Shown piece after piece: positions 49,861 through 58,467 of a stretch of 64,000 nucleotides of DNA. The translations under genes were made by a program, and so were the position numbers. The notes under the pieces were generated by a model. That model did no database searches. It was not told where the DNA came from and was given only the letters and a program-made list of their open reading frames with translations. The stretch is from Polyangiaceae bacterium (GTDB taxonomy: Bacteria > Myxococcota_A > Polyangia > Polyangiales > Polyangiaceae), in assembly GCA_033763455.1 (NCBI GenBank), contig JANRKO010000023.1, forward strand, positions 128,001-192,000, read 5' to 3'. Each line of letters opens with the position of its first letter. Within the stretch, counting starts at the first letter, position 1.

Positions 49861-51408
49861 TTAGGTCCTCGTCCCATTCCCCAGATTTTCTGCCGTTTTC
49901 TGGAGCAAGGCGCGATCCTCCTCGCGCAGGATGAGCCTCGGGATCTTGTTCTGCCCACCCAGCTTGCCACGTGTTCGCATCCATTCGTGAAATGTCCCGC
50001 GAGGCACGACGCGTACGTCGGGAGCGTGCAACCCGTGCGAGGTGCCGCGGTGCACCTCATAATCGTCGTTCTGGGCGGCAATGTCGCAGTCGATCACCTG
50101 CGCGAAGCGGACAAGATCGGGCGTGGGCCCCTCCAGTTCTAGCCAATACACATGGCGCGCAGCACTGCTGCCATCGATTCCAACCTCAGTGGTGAGAGTG
50201 AAATCAACGAGACGCGCTGCTAGTTCCCTGGATGCACGGAGCACGGCACGTTCGAGCTCGCCTTGGGAAACATGTTCCCCCTGCACATTCACGAACGCCG
50301 CCGTCCGACCCTCGAACAACACTCGGTGGGGAAACACGCTGGTGAAACGCAGACAATCCCCAATGAGATAGGCGAAAATGCCGGACATCGTGGTGACCGC
50401 GATGGCGTACACGGCGTTCTTTTCCACCTCCCACAACGTGTAGCGACGGGGATTCTCCAACCCCACGTCCGCCTCCGGGACAAATTCGTAGAAGATGCCG
50501 TTGTCGGGCAAAAGCAGCATCGAAGGGTCGCGGGGGTCGTCCTGAACTCCGAGGATTCCGCCTTCTGTGGCACTATAGGTTTCCACGTAGGGCACGCGTC
50601 GACCCAAGCGCGCCTCAATGAGCCCCCGATAGGGTTCGTAAGCCACTCCACCCCCCGTTAGAAAGCTCAAGTTGGGCCAAACGTCGCAAATGGTGTCTGC
50701 TCCCTTGCCCCGTAGCTTTGCCTCGCCCAGTACTCTATCGAACAACCCTGGGAACCACGCGGGCGTTCCCACCAGCATCCGCACATCTTCCGCAACCGCT
50801 TCGCGGGCGGCTTCTCGGATCTTATCGTCCCAATTGGCAATGCCACGTGTGGTTGCGCTGGGGAGATACTTTCCATGCAACGCCCGAGGCACGTGACGCG
50901 CCATGACGCCCGTGTTATCGCCCACCAAAACACCGCAGGCTCGCTCTTCTAGCTTGGGTGAGCCGCCCAGCATCAGCACTTTGCCATCCAACAACTTTGA
51001 ATCACGCGTCCATGACAAGTAGGAAGCGATCGGTTCAAACCCTCCGCGTTGCTGCTGGCGCACTGAATCCGCGGATATCGGCAGGTACTTGTTACCCGCA
51101 GTAGTACCGCTTGTCATGCCAAAGTAGCGAATCTTTCCGGGCCAAGTAACGTTCTTATTGCCGGCAAGGGCTTGCTCAAACCAAGGCTTCAAGTCCTCGT
51201 AGCGCCGTAAGGGCACGCGCGCCTGAAAGCTTTTGACACTACTGATGCCCGAAAACCCATAGCGTTGACCGAACGACGTCATTTCTGCCCGACGCACGAG
51301 CGATGCGAGGGACGCTTCTTGGGCTCTGCGTGGATTTCTTGCAGCCAATCGTCGTTGTGCGGCTCGGGCGTGTCCCGCCAACACCAACCCACGACCGAGG
51401 ATGCTCAT
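49861..51408 (-). CDS. GH3 family acyl-acid amido synthetase-like protein
   Basis: FQARVPLRRYE, WPG, TSGTTAGNKYLPIS (P-loop), ETYSATEG, FYEFVP, YLIGD, GQNKIPRL. Confidence 0.9.
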   Translation of the reverse strand: MSILGRGLVLAGHARAAQRRLAARNPRRAQEASLASLVRRAEMTSFGQRYGFSGISSVKSFQARVPLRRYEDLKPWFEQALAGNKNVTWPGKIRYFGMTSGTTAGNKYLPISADSVRQQQRGGFEPIASYLSWTRDSKLLDGKVLMLGGSPKLEERACGVLVGDNTGVMARHVPRALHGKYLPSATTRGIANWDDKIREAAREAVAEDVRMLVGTPAWFPGLFDRVLGEAKLRGKGADTICDVWPNLSFLTGGGVAYEPYRGLIEARLGRRVPYVETYSATEGGILGVQDDPRDPSMLLLPDNGIFYEFVPEADVGLENPRRYTLWEVEKNAVYAIAVTTMSGIFAYLIGDCLRFTSVFPHRVLFEGRTAAFVNVQGEHVSQGELERAVLRASRELAARLVDFTLTTEVGIDGSSAARHVYWLELEGPTPDLVRFAQVIDCDIAAQNDDYEVHRGTSHGLHAPDVRVVPRGTFHEWMRTRGKLGGQNKIPRLILREEDRALLQKTAENLGNGTRT

Positions 51409-51429
51409 GGTGTCCTCATAAGCGGTGTG

Positions 51430-52872
51430 TCAGGCGCGAGCGACAATGCCCGGGGCCTTCACTTTCGCCAGCGCGAAGATAGTGTTGATGGGGTTTACCC
51501 CAAGGGCAGTTGGGAAAACGCTGGCATCACAAACAAATAGATTGTCAAAACCGTGTACGACCAGGCTGCTATCCACTGCGCCCAACTCCGGATCGTCCGA
51601 CATAGGATTTCCGCCCTGAGGGTGGGAACTTCCGCAGGAAATCTCCCCGATAGAACGGAACAAGCGTGGTGTACGTCTCAGCTCCTCGGCATCCGCAAAG
51701 GATCGGAGTCGGTGCGTCGGCATCGCGACGGACCTGGCGCCTGCGGCAAATAGCACCTGGGCGGCCTGCCGGTTCGCTTGCTCAAGGTTGGCAAGGTCAG
51801 CCGAGGGCATCTTGAATAAGATTTCTTCACCTTGAGTAAAGCGGCTTAGGCGCACCCTACCGACCGGCGCCGTCGGAACGATACAGCCAACATACGCAAG
51901 ATGGCGCAAGCGCTGCATTTGTCGTCCGTGATCGCCACCCCAGCCGGCGGTCGTGAGGGCTGCGCTCATTGGCGGATTGTGGGTGGCCTCCAGGAGCCAA
52001 TTCGGCGTTCTCACACAGGCGGTCATTTGATCGCCATCGAAACCGTCGAGCTCGTCCTCGAAGTCCCCGGCGAGCGCTGTCGCGGCGTTGAACGAAACCC
52101 GCGTACCAATGTGTTTCGTCACACCACTTGCCAATAACAGGCCGCTCGAGCCGATAGCACCACCTGCCACGACGACCACCCGAGCCTGAACCAGGAGTTC
52201 CTCGCCGCCACGACCCACGCGCACTCGCACCCCTCGCACGGCACCCGCTCGATGTTCAAGCTTTTCCGCAAGGGCTTCGGGCAACACCTCCGCACCTGCC
52301 GATTCTGCTTGAGCTAAATAGGTCAGATCCGCGCTCTTTTTTGTCCCGAAGGTGCATCCCACGTTGCACTGGCCGCATCCGAGGCATCCCCCAACGGCCT
52401 TCTGCATCCAGCTCGGCGAAAGGCCCAGCTGGTCCGCCCCCTCAAAGAACCGGCGTGAGCTCTTCGTTATCGTATTGCGGGAGGCTTGGCGGACCTCAAG
52501 CTCCTCCTCTACTTCGGCATAGGCCTCATTCATGGAGCCCGTTGCAATATTGGCTCCAAGCCCACGCCATTGCGCGAACACAGACGGATCCGCACGTAAC
52601 ATGACCATGTTCGAAAGCACGGAAGAGCCACCGACCACGGTACCTTGAAGAACGAAGAGGTCCATCGAAGCATTGAGCTGCATGCCCCCATCCTTGTAGA
52701 GGCTAGGGATCATCCGCAGCTCATTGTGCGTCATATCCGCCGGACGCATGCGCGGACCGCGCTCCAAAACGAGCGTTCGTAGCCCCTTGCGCGCTGCCTC
52801 TAGAGCAACAACAGAGCCCCCTGCACCCGAACCCACGACACACACATCGACGCAACGCCTACGCATAGGCAC
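51430..52872 (-). CDS. GMC family FAD oxidoreductase (long-chain alcohol oxidase/cholesterol oxidase-like)
   Basis: VVGSGAGG, LERG, VGGSSVLS, CLGCGQCNVGC, SSHPQGG, LFVCDASVFPTALGVNP. Confidence 0.9.
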   Translation of the reverse strand: MPMRRRCVDVCVVGSGAGGSVVALEAARKGLRTLVLERGPRMRPADMTHNELRMIPSLYKDGGMQLNASMDLFVLQGTVVGGSSVLSNMVMLRADPSVFAQWRGLGANIATGSMNEAYAEVEEELEVRQASRNTITKSSRRFFEGADQLGLSPSWMQKAVGGCLGCGQCNVGCTFGTKKSADLTYLAQAESAGAEVLPEALAEKLEHRAGAVRGVRVRVGRGGEELLVQARVVVVAGGAIGSSGLLLASGVTKHIGTRVSFNAATALAGDFEDELDGFDGDQMTACVRTPNWLLEATHNPPMSAALTTAGWGGDHGRQMQRLRHLAYVGCIVPTAPVGRVRLSRFTQGEEILFKMPSADLANLEQANRQAAQVLFAAGARSVAMPTHRLRSFADAEELRRTPRLFRSIGEISCGSSHPQGGNPMSDDPELGAVDSSLVVHGFDNLFVCDASVFPTALGVNPINTIFALAKVKAPGIVARA

Positions 52873-53368
52873 TTACCGACGGCGGGGTACGCACGACACT
52901 GAGCGCAGCGCGCTTGCGCTGAAATCTCGGCCTATTGGGCACATCCACGAATTGTGTGGCGCCCTTGGCGGCCTCGTCCCCATACACACCCATGAACACC
53001 AAGTAACGAACCTTGGCGCAGAGGCGGTACACGCGGTGCCCGTGTTCAAACTTATGGTAGAGGAACGCACGGCGCTCGCTCACGCCCATTTGCGACAGGC
53101 GAGACCCCGTGGAGACTACCGGCAGGAGCTCAAGCGTGGCGAGCAGCGCCCGAACGCGAAACGCTCGACGTGAGTTCCCGCAGATAAGAAATGTCTCCAC
53201 ATTGTCGGCAATTTGCTCTTTGCTAATCGCGACTGGGCTTCCTTCGTGGAGTGCTTCGGCGATGGCGGTCAAGACTTTCCACTCCCAGTTGGAAAGCGCG
53301 CGCCCCGGATCTACCCGAGGCAGAGTTCGGTACACTAATTCTTCGAGAGGCAAGGTAATGAACGGCAC
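52859..53368 (-). CDS. Hypothetical helical protein, probable small subunit/partner of the GMC enzyme
   Basis: Overlaps the GMC start; the helical pattern (..ERRAFL....LVFMGVYG) resembles gluconate-2-dehydrogenase subunit-3-like partners. Confidence 0.65.
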   Translation of the reverse strand: MPFITLPLEELVYRTLPRVDPGRALSNWEWKVLTAIAEALHEGSPVAISKEQIADNVETFLICGNSRRAFRVRALLATLELLPVVSTGSRLSQMGVSERRAFLYHKFEHGHRVYRLCAKVRYLVFMGVYGDEAAKGATQFVDVPNRPRFQRKRAALSVVRTPPSVSAYA

Positions 53369-53581
53369 AAGACATTCTTGCGAATGACCTCGTCAAATTC
53401 GCTACGATTGTGAAAACTCCTGAAGACGCGCTCCTGGTGTAGCGCCTTGTGCTTGGTGGCCGGGAGCTCGTCGGAACTGGGAGGCGGCAGGAGTGGGCGC
53501 GAGTTAAGGGGTAGGATCTGCGATTGGGTCCGTGTGTGTTTTCTGCACACCCTGGTTCAGCGCCTTCGAAGCACTTCAGAA

Positions 53582-53599
53582 CTGTGACGAATGTGTCAT
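53582..53599 (+). promoter_or_regulatory. Pho-box-like repeat in the divergent promoter
   Basis: CTGTGAC-GAAT-GTGTCAT (11-bp period), with TACATT downstream; also readable as ATGAC-N6-GTCAC on the minus strand. Confidence 0.55.
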
Positions 53600-53644
53600 A
53601 ACTGAGGCAAAATCCTAGGGCTGCCCTTCGCGCTTGCTACATTT

Positions 53645-54928
53645 GTGTTTGTGGTCAAGCGCTTCTTGTTTGGGATCCTCGGTGCGGCATCGTTCAGCTA
53701 CGCGTGGAATGGCACGGTCGCTCTCTGGCTAGGTCGTTACGATCAGGTCACGTGGGAAGTTGAGAATCCGGAAGTGCCAGCTCCCCCTGGAAACTCGGGT
53801 CCTTATCGAGTGAGGGTCGTGGACACGCGTCGGGTTGTCCCGAGCGAAGGCATGAATCCAGACGTTAACGTGCAGAACGCCAACAACAACTTGCATGCTG
53901 TCCGCCATACGGATGGGCGCGTTTACCTTGCCTGGCGAAGCGCGCCCACGCACTTCGCCAGCGAGTTCGCTGAGATCATCGTCGCGAGTAGCGAGGATGA
54001 GAAAAACTGGCGCAACGAGGCGTCATTTTCGATGTCCACGGATCTCCGCGAACCTCAGCTTGCGTCCCTCAATGGTAGGCTCCACTTGTACGTCTCGAAG
54101 TTGGGCGCAAACGCATTCGACTTCGCCCCCGCGGGGGTTTACGTGGCAACTCGCAGCGAATCCGGAGTTTGGAGCAAGCTTTCCGAGCTCGGCTTACCGG
54201 GGCAAATTGCCTGGAGTGTGCGTTCGCAGGGATCGTTCGCCCTGATGTCAGCCTACAAGGGCGGTGAGAATATGTACGCGCTTTTTCCGGAACCACTCAG
54301 CGTGAATCTTCTCGCGAGCTCAGACGGGGTGTCATTTCGGCCGTGGTACCCCGGCTCGGCCCCCTTTTACCAGGGAGGCGCGTCGGAGACGGATTTCGCT
54401 GTGACCGATTCAGGTAGCTTCCTTACGGTCATGCGCAACGAAGCCGGAGACGCCACAGGTTTCGGATCTATTGTGTGCGAGCGCGCGCGTCCGAAGGCCG
54501 GTGTGGCACCCATATGTCGATCGGATCCCAGGAAGTTCGATTCTCCGCGACTCTTTCGCTTTGCTCGGGAAACGTACCTCATCGCGCGGCGCAATGTCAC
54601 CGATACGGGGGTTTTCGATCAGCCTCCCGGATTCTTCAACCGCGGGCCCCTGCGCCGTGGGGTGAATCAGTTGAAATACATTGTAGAGCGCAAGCGGTGC
54701 TCCGTTTGGCATTACGTGGCGCAGGAACAACGTTTCACGTTCGAGCTCGATTTGCCCTCGCGAGGTGATACGTGCTTTGCCTCGATTCTTCGGGGAAGTA
54801 ACCCTTCAGAAGTGGTGGTGTACGACTACAGTTCCGACATCCAAGGTCCGGATGTACCGTGGACGGTCGGGCAACGTTCCCCCACGTTTATCTATCGGCA
54901 CGTCCTTGATTTCCATCCACCACCGTGA
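53645..54928 (+). CDS. Exported sialidase-like/BNR beta-propeller hypothetical protein
   Basis: N-terminal hydrophobic helix; Asp-box-like SSEDEKNW and SSDGVSF; DLREP, ASETDF, LPSRGDTCF. Confidence 0.65.
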   Translation: MFVVKRFLFGILGAASFSYAWNGTVALWLGRYDQVTWEVENPEVPAPPGNSGPYRVRVVDTRRVVPSEGMNPDVNVQNANNNLHAVRHTDGRVYLAWRSAPTHFASEFAEIIVASSEDEKNWRNEASFSMSTDLREPQLASLNGRLHLYVSKLGANAFDFAPAGVYVATRSESGVWSKLSELGLPGQIAWSVRSQGSFALMSAYKGGENMYALFPEPLSVNLLASSDGVSFRPWYPGSAPFYQGGASETDFAVTDSGSFLTVMRNEAGDATGFGSIVCERARPKAGVAPICRSDPRKFDSPRLFRFARETYLIARRNVTDTGVFDQPPGFFNRGPLRRGVNQLKYIVERKRCSVWHYVAQEQRFTFELDLPSRGDTCFASILRGSNPSEVVVYDYSSDIQGPDVPWTVGQRSPTFIYRHVLDFHPPP

Positions 54929-54972
54929 CGGCTTGCCCGCCTGAGGCGGTGAGGTCTACCTGCCTTGCGTTC

Positions 54973-54988
54973 GGCATACGGTCGTCAC
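54973..54988 (+). promoter_or_regulatory. Degenerate Pho-box-like repeat
   Basis: GGCAT-ACGGTC-GTCAC upstream of beta-helix lipoprotein 1. Confidence 0.4.
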
Positions 54989-55024
54989 GTGGCTGCCTTG
55001 CAAGGATGCCAAGATCCGCAGGCC

Positions 55025-56614
55025 TTGACCCATAGCTCCGATAGCTTAGTTCCGTTGCCCCACCGCCTACTAGGTTTGGGTTTGGTGGCTTTCAGCCTGC
55101 TGGCGTCGCGGTGCACTCGGCTAGAGAGCGCTTCCGACTTTTTCCCTCAAGCCGCCTCGGCTGGCGGCATCGCCGGAGCGAACGGGCCGGGAGTCATGGG
55201 CGGAACTGGGAACGTTGGCATAGGTGCCGGTGGAATGGCCCAAGGTCTGCCGATAGGAGGAGGGAACTCGGTGGGAGGAAGCGTCTCTGGCGGAGCGAGT
55301 GGCGGCCCGAATGGGCTGTCTGGCGGAGCAGGAGCGAACGGAACCGGGGGTGCCGCGAACGCGAGCTGCCCGCCCGTCCCCGAAAGAGTGCGGGTGGAGC
55401 TCGGAGGGCCGGCTGGCCTCGATATCGCCGAAGACACGACCTGGACCTGCCGGAACCTGTACGTGCTCATGGGGCAAGTGTTTGTGCGCGCTGGTTTCAC
55501 ATTACGCATAGAGGCTGGAACTGTCGTCCAAGCTGCCCATCCTCAGGCATTCTTGCTTTCGGTGCGGGGTGGTCGTATCGAGGCCTTCGGCACCGAGCAG
55601 GCACCGATTCTGTTCACAAGTGGCAAAGTAGTCGGCACGCGTGCAGCGGGCGATTGGCGCGGCTTGATCTTGATTGGCGGCGCCCGCACCAATCAGGCAC
55701 CCAATTCCACCGTCCACGATACGGTCGGGGACGCGCGCGCGCAGTACGGCGGTGGCCCATTGGGCCCCGGGAGCGGCAGCTGCGGCATCTTGCGTTACGT
55801 GCGGGTGGAGTATGCAGGCGGGAACATTGGCGACAACGCCTTGCCGGCGGCAGGGCTGACTCTCGCTGGCTGCGGTAGTGAAACCATCGTTGAGAATGTG
55901 CATGTACATCGCTCGGGCGATGGCATCGGATTACTGGGTGGAACAGCACCGCTGCGCAAAGTGATCGTAAGCGGTGCCCTTGACGATGGAATCGAATGGG
56001 TGTCCGGCTACACGGGCAGCATGCAATATGTGGTGGTGCAAATGTATGGGGCCTTCTCCACAGCGCTCACCAGCAACAACTCCGAGAGCAACCCTTCTGC
56101 GGATCCCGCGTCGGAGCCCACGATCTTCAACGCTACCTTGGTAGGCAACCCTCAAAGTCCGCTCACGAGTGACCAGGAAACCGGAGTTGCCTTTGCTTTC
56201 GGTGGCGGTGGGTACCTACGAAATTCTGTAGTGCTCGGGTTCAGGAAATGGGCGAGCGACGTGTTGGGTGGCGAATCGACGGCGCTGGCCACATCCGGCA
56301 AGCTCGACGTCAGCCATTCGATTTTCTTTGGAAACAGCGATCCAGCATTCCCTGGCACGGCCGACGATCTGTTCGACGAGACCGCATTTTTCACTGACGA
56401 AAGCCGCAAGAATCGCTTTGTGGATCCACAGCTCGTACGGCCCCAGGATGAGCTCGCACCAGACTTCTCACCCATGAGCTCGGAAGTCGACCAACTCCCG
56501 GCACAAATCCCGACCGACCTTGATTCGCTCGCCGTGTTTCGTGGAGCACTTCCAGTGCAGGTCTTTGGGGCGACGGACTGGACGAAGGGCTGGACCGCCT
56601 TCCCACGTAACTAG
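55025..56614 (+). CDS. Right-handed beta-helix lipoprotein, paralogue 1
   Basis: Signal ending in Cys, Gly-rich linker, LRIEAGTVV, GTEQAPILFTS, GDWRGLILIG, LRYVRVEYAG, DDGIEW, C-terminal WTKGWTAFPRN. The start is approximate. Confidence 0.75.
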   Translation: MTHSSDSLVPLPHRLLGLGLVAFSLLASRCTRLESASDFFPQAASAGGIAGANGPGVMGGTGNVGIGAGGMAQGLPIGGGNSVGGSVSGGASGGPNGLSGGAGANGTGGAANASCPPVPERVRVELGGPAGLDIAEDTTWTCRNLYVLMGQVFVRAGFTLRIEAGTVVQAAHPQAFLLSVRGGRIEAFGTEQAPILFTSGKVVGTRAAGDWRGLILIGGARTNQAPNSTVHDTVGDARAQYGGGPLGPGSGSCGILRYVRVEYAGGNIGDNALPAAGLTLAGCGSETIVENVHVHRSGDGIGLLGGTAPLRKVIVSGALDDGIEWVSGYTGSMQYVVVQMYGAFSTALTSNNSESNPSADPASEPTIFNATLVGNPQSPLTSDQETGVAFAFGGGGYLRNSVVLGFRKWASDVLGGESTALATSGKLDVSHSIFFGNSDPAFPGTADDLFDETAFFTDESRKNRFVDPQLVRPQDELAPDFSPMSSEVDQLPAQIPTDLDSLAVFRGALPVQVFGATDWTKGWTAFPRN

Positions 56615-56681
56615 CGCCCCCTCCCTTCGTCCTAGGAAACGTGAACGCAACGCTCGAAAGACCGCGAGGCGTTGACTGCTC

Positions 56682-56697
56682 GTCACACCGAAGTCAC
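56682..56697 (+). promoter_or_regulatory. Pho-box-like direct repeat upstream of beta-helix lipoprotein 2
   Basis: GTCAC-ACCGAA-GTCAC, exact, 29 bp before ATG 56726. Confidence 0.65.
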
Positions 56698-56725
56698 CTG
56701 CGTGAGGGATGTTCCTGCGACGCAA

Positions 56726-58435
56726 ATGAAAAACTCCGCTTCCCTCAAGGCGATCGGTGCGACATGCGCCGTTCTGGCGATCCTTACTTCCTGCAAACGG
56801 GAGGACGGTGCCGCGCCTTCTGGCTCAGGCGGCGCATCAGCCATGACGGGTGGTAGCGTAAACGGGGCGGGTGGTGCGAATTCGGGTGGTACAAGCGCCG
56901 CTGGCAGTGGCGGGCTAGGTGGAATGCCAGGCCAAGGTGCGGGCGCCGCTGGCGCACCCGTATCGGGTGGCAGCGCCGGGATGGGCCAGGGCGGCCAGGC
57001 GGGAATGAACCCAGGCTCAGCGGGGCAAGCGGGCAGCGCGGGAGCGCCTAGCTCGAAGTGCGGACAGGAGAGCGCACGACCCGTAGTAGAGATCGATGCC
57101 GATCTGACTTCGTCGAGAACTTGGACGTGCGACAAGATTTACCTTTTGAACCGGCCTATCAACGTGGTGGGCACGGTGGAGTCCCGAACCGTGCTAACAA
57201 TCGAGCCAGGTACGCTCATCCGCGGGGCCAAGGGGGTTATGGGTCAGGTGCTCCCTGGTGCTCTTATCGTGACGCGCACCGGCCAGTTGATTGCGGACGG
57301 CACCCGAGAGGAGCCGATCGTGTTCACGAGCAACGTTCCGGTAGGTCAGAGAAGCCCTGGGGATTGGGGGGGCGTCATCTTGCTCGGGCGAGGGCCAAAC
57401 AACGTCGGTGAAACCAACGTGGAAGGTGTCCCTCAGGGCGAAGTCACCAAGCACGGTGCGCCGTTGGGAAGTGCTGACCACGCGTGGAATTGCGGCGTCA
57501 TGCGTTTCGTTCGCATCGAGTTTTCTGGATTCATATTGACCGGATCCAAGGAAATCAACGGCCTTACTCTGGGTTCGTGCGGGTACGAAACCACGATCGA
57601 CCATATCCAGGTACATCGTGGCTCGGACGATGGCGTAGAGCTGTTTGGCGGAGTGCCTGACCTCAAGCATGTGGTAATCACCGGGGCGCAGGATGACTCC
57701 CTCGACTGGGACCAAGGCTATTCGGGTCGTATCCAGTACTTGGTGGCTCAGCTTCACCCCGGCGATGCGGACAAAGCCATCGAAGCTGACAACAACGAGA
57801 AAGCGCCTCTGGCAGTGCCGATTTCCACACCGCGCCTGTTCAATCTGACGCTCATCGGGGTCAATCTTGGCGGAGCGCTGCCCACCAGCAGCGTAGGCAT
57901 CACGCTGCGAAATGGCAGTCACGGGAGCATTCGGAACAGCATCATCATGGGTTTTGATGCTGGTGCGCTCGACGTCGCTGGCAATGAATCTGAAGCCGCA
58001 CTTCAAACGGCAAGGCTGTCGGTCGAAAACTCGATCTTCGTGGGGGTGCCCGGCAAGCTATTTCCGACCGGGAGCGACGACAAGGCCGACAACGATCTGA
58101 TCGAGTCGGATTTTTTCGCGAAGTTCGCGTTCAGCAATCGTTCATTCGCTGACGCTGCCGAAGCCTCAGCCGCGTCCCTGCTGCCTGATCCATTCCATCT
58201 GTCGTCCCCCAATTGGGTTCCGATCAGCAATTCTCCCGCGGCCAGCATGGCCGAGGCACCGAGCGAGCTTCCTCTAGAAGGCTATGCGGGAGCCGGTGCG
58301 GGTGGTGCCGGCGGCGCGGGGGCGATTACCCCACAGCGCCCCCCATTTTTCGACCTTGAGGCCACCTTTGTTGGGGCGTTCGAGCCTGGTGGAAACAATT
58401 GGGCCGAGGGCTGGACGGCATTCCCGCCCAACTGA
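56726..58435 (+). CDS. Right-handed beta-helix lipoprotein, paralogue 2
   Basis: LTSC lipobox, Gly-rich linker, LTIEPGT, GTREEPIVFTS, GDWGGVILLG, EINGLTLG, DDGVELFGG, DDSLDWDQGYSG, IEADN, WAEGWTAFPPN. Confidence 0.8.
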   Translation: MKNSASLKAIGATCAVLAILTSCKREDGAAPSGSGGASAMTGGSVNGAGGANSGGTSAAGSGGLGGMPGQGAGAAGAPVSGGSAGMGQGGQAGMNPGSAGQAGSAGAPSSKCGQESARPVVEIDADLTSSRTWTCDKIYLLNRPINVVGTVESRTVLTIEPGTLIRGAKGVMGQVLPGALIVTRTGQLIADGTREEPIVFTSNVPVGQRSPGDWGGVILLGRGPNNVGETNVEGVPQGEVTKHGAPLGSADHAWNCGVMRFVRIEFSGFILTGSKEINGLTLGSCGYETTIDHIQVHRGSDDGVELFGGVPDLKHVVITGAQDDSLDWDQGYSGRIQYLVAQLHPGDADKAIEADNNEKAPLAVPISTPRLFNLTLIGVNLGGALPTSSVGITLRNGSHGSIRNSIIMGFDAGALDVAGNESEAALQTARLSVENSIFVGVPGKLFPTGSDDKADNDLIESDFFAKFAFSNRSFADAAEASAASLLPDPFHLSSPNWVPISNSPAASMAEAPSELPLEGYAGAGAGGAGGAGAITPQRPPFFDLEATFVGAFEPGGNNWAEGWTAFPPN

Positions 58436-58467
58436 GCTGCAGCACACGGTCGGAGCCGCGACCGCAG

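Noticed and set aside
56820..57050. Gly-rich low-complexity tracts in several lipoprotein genes as DNA repeats
   Set aside because: They are ordinary flexible linkers after the lipobox, with no exact nucleotide repeat unit.
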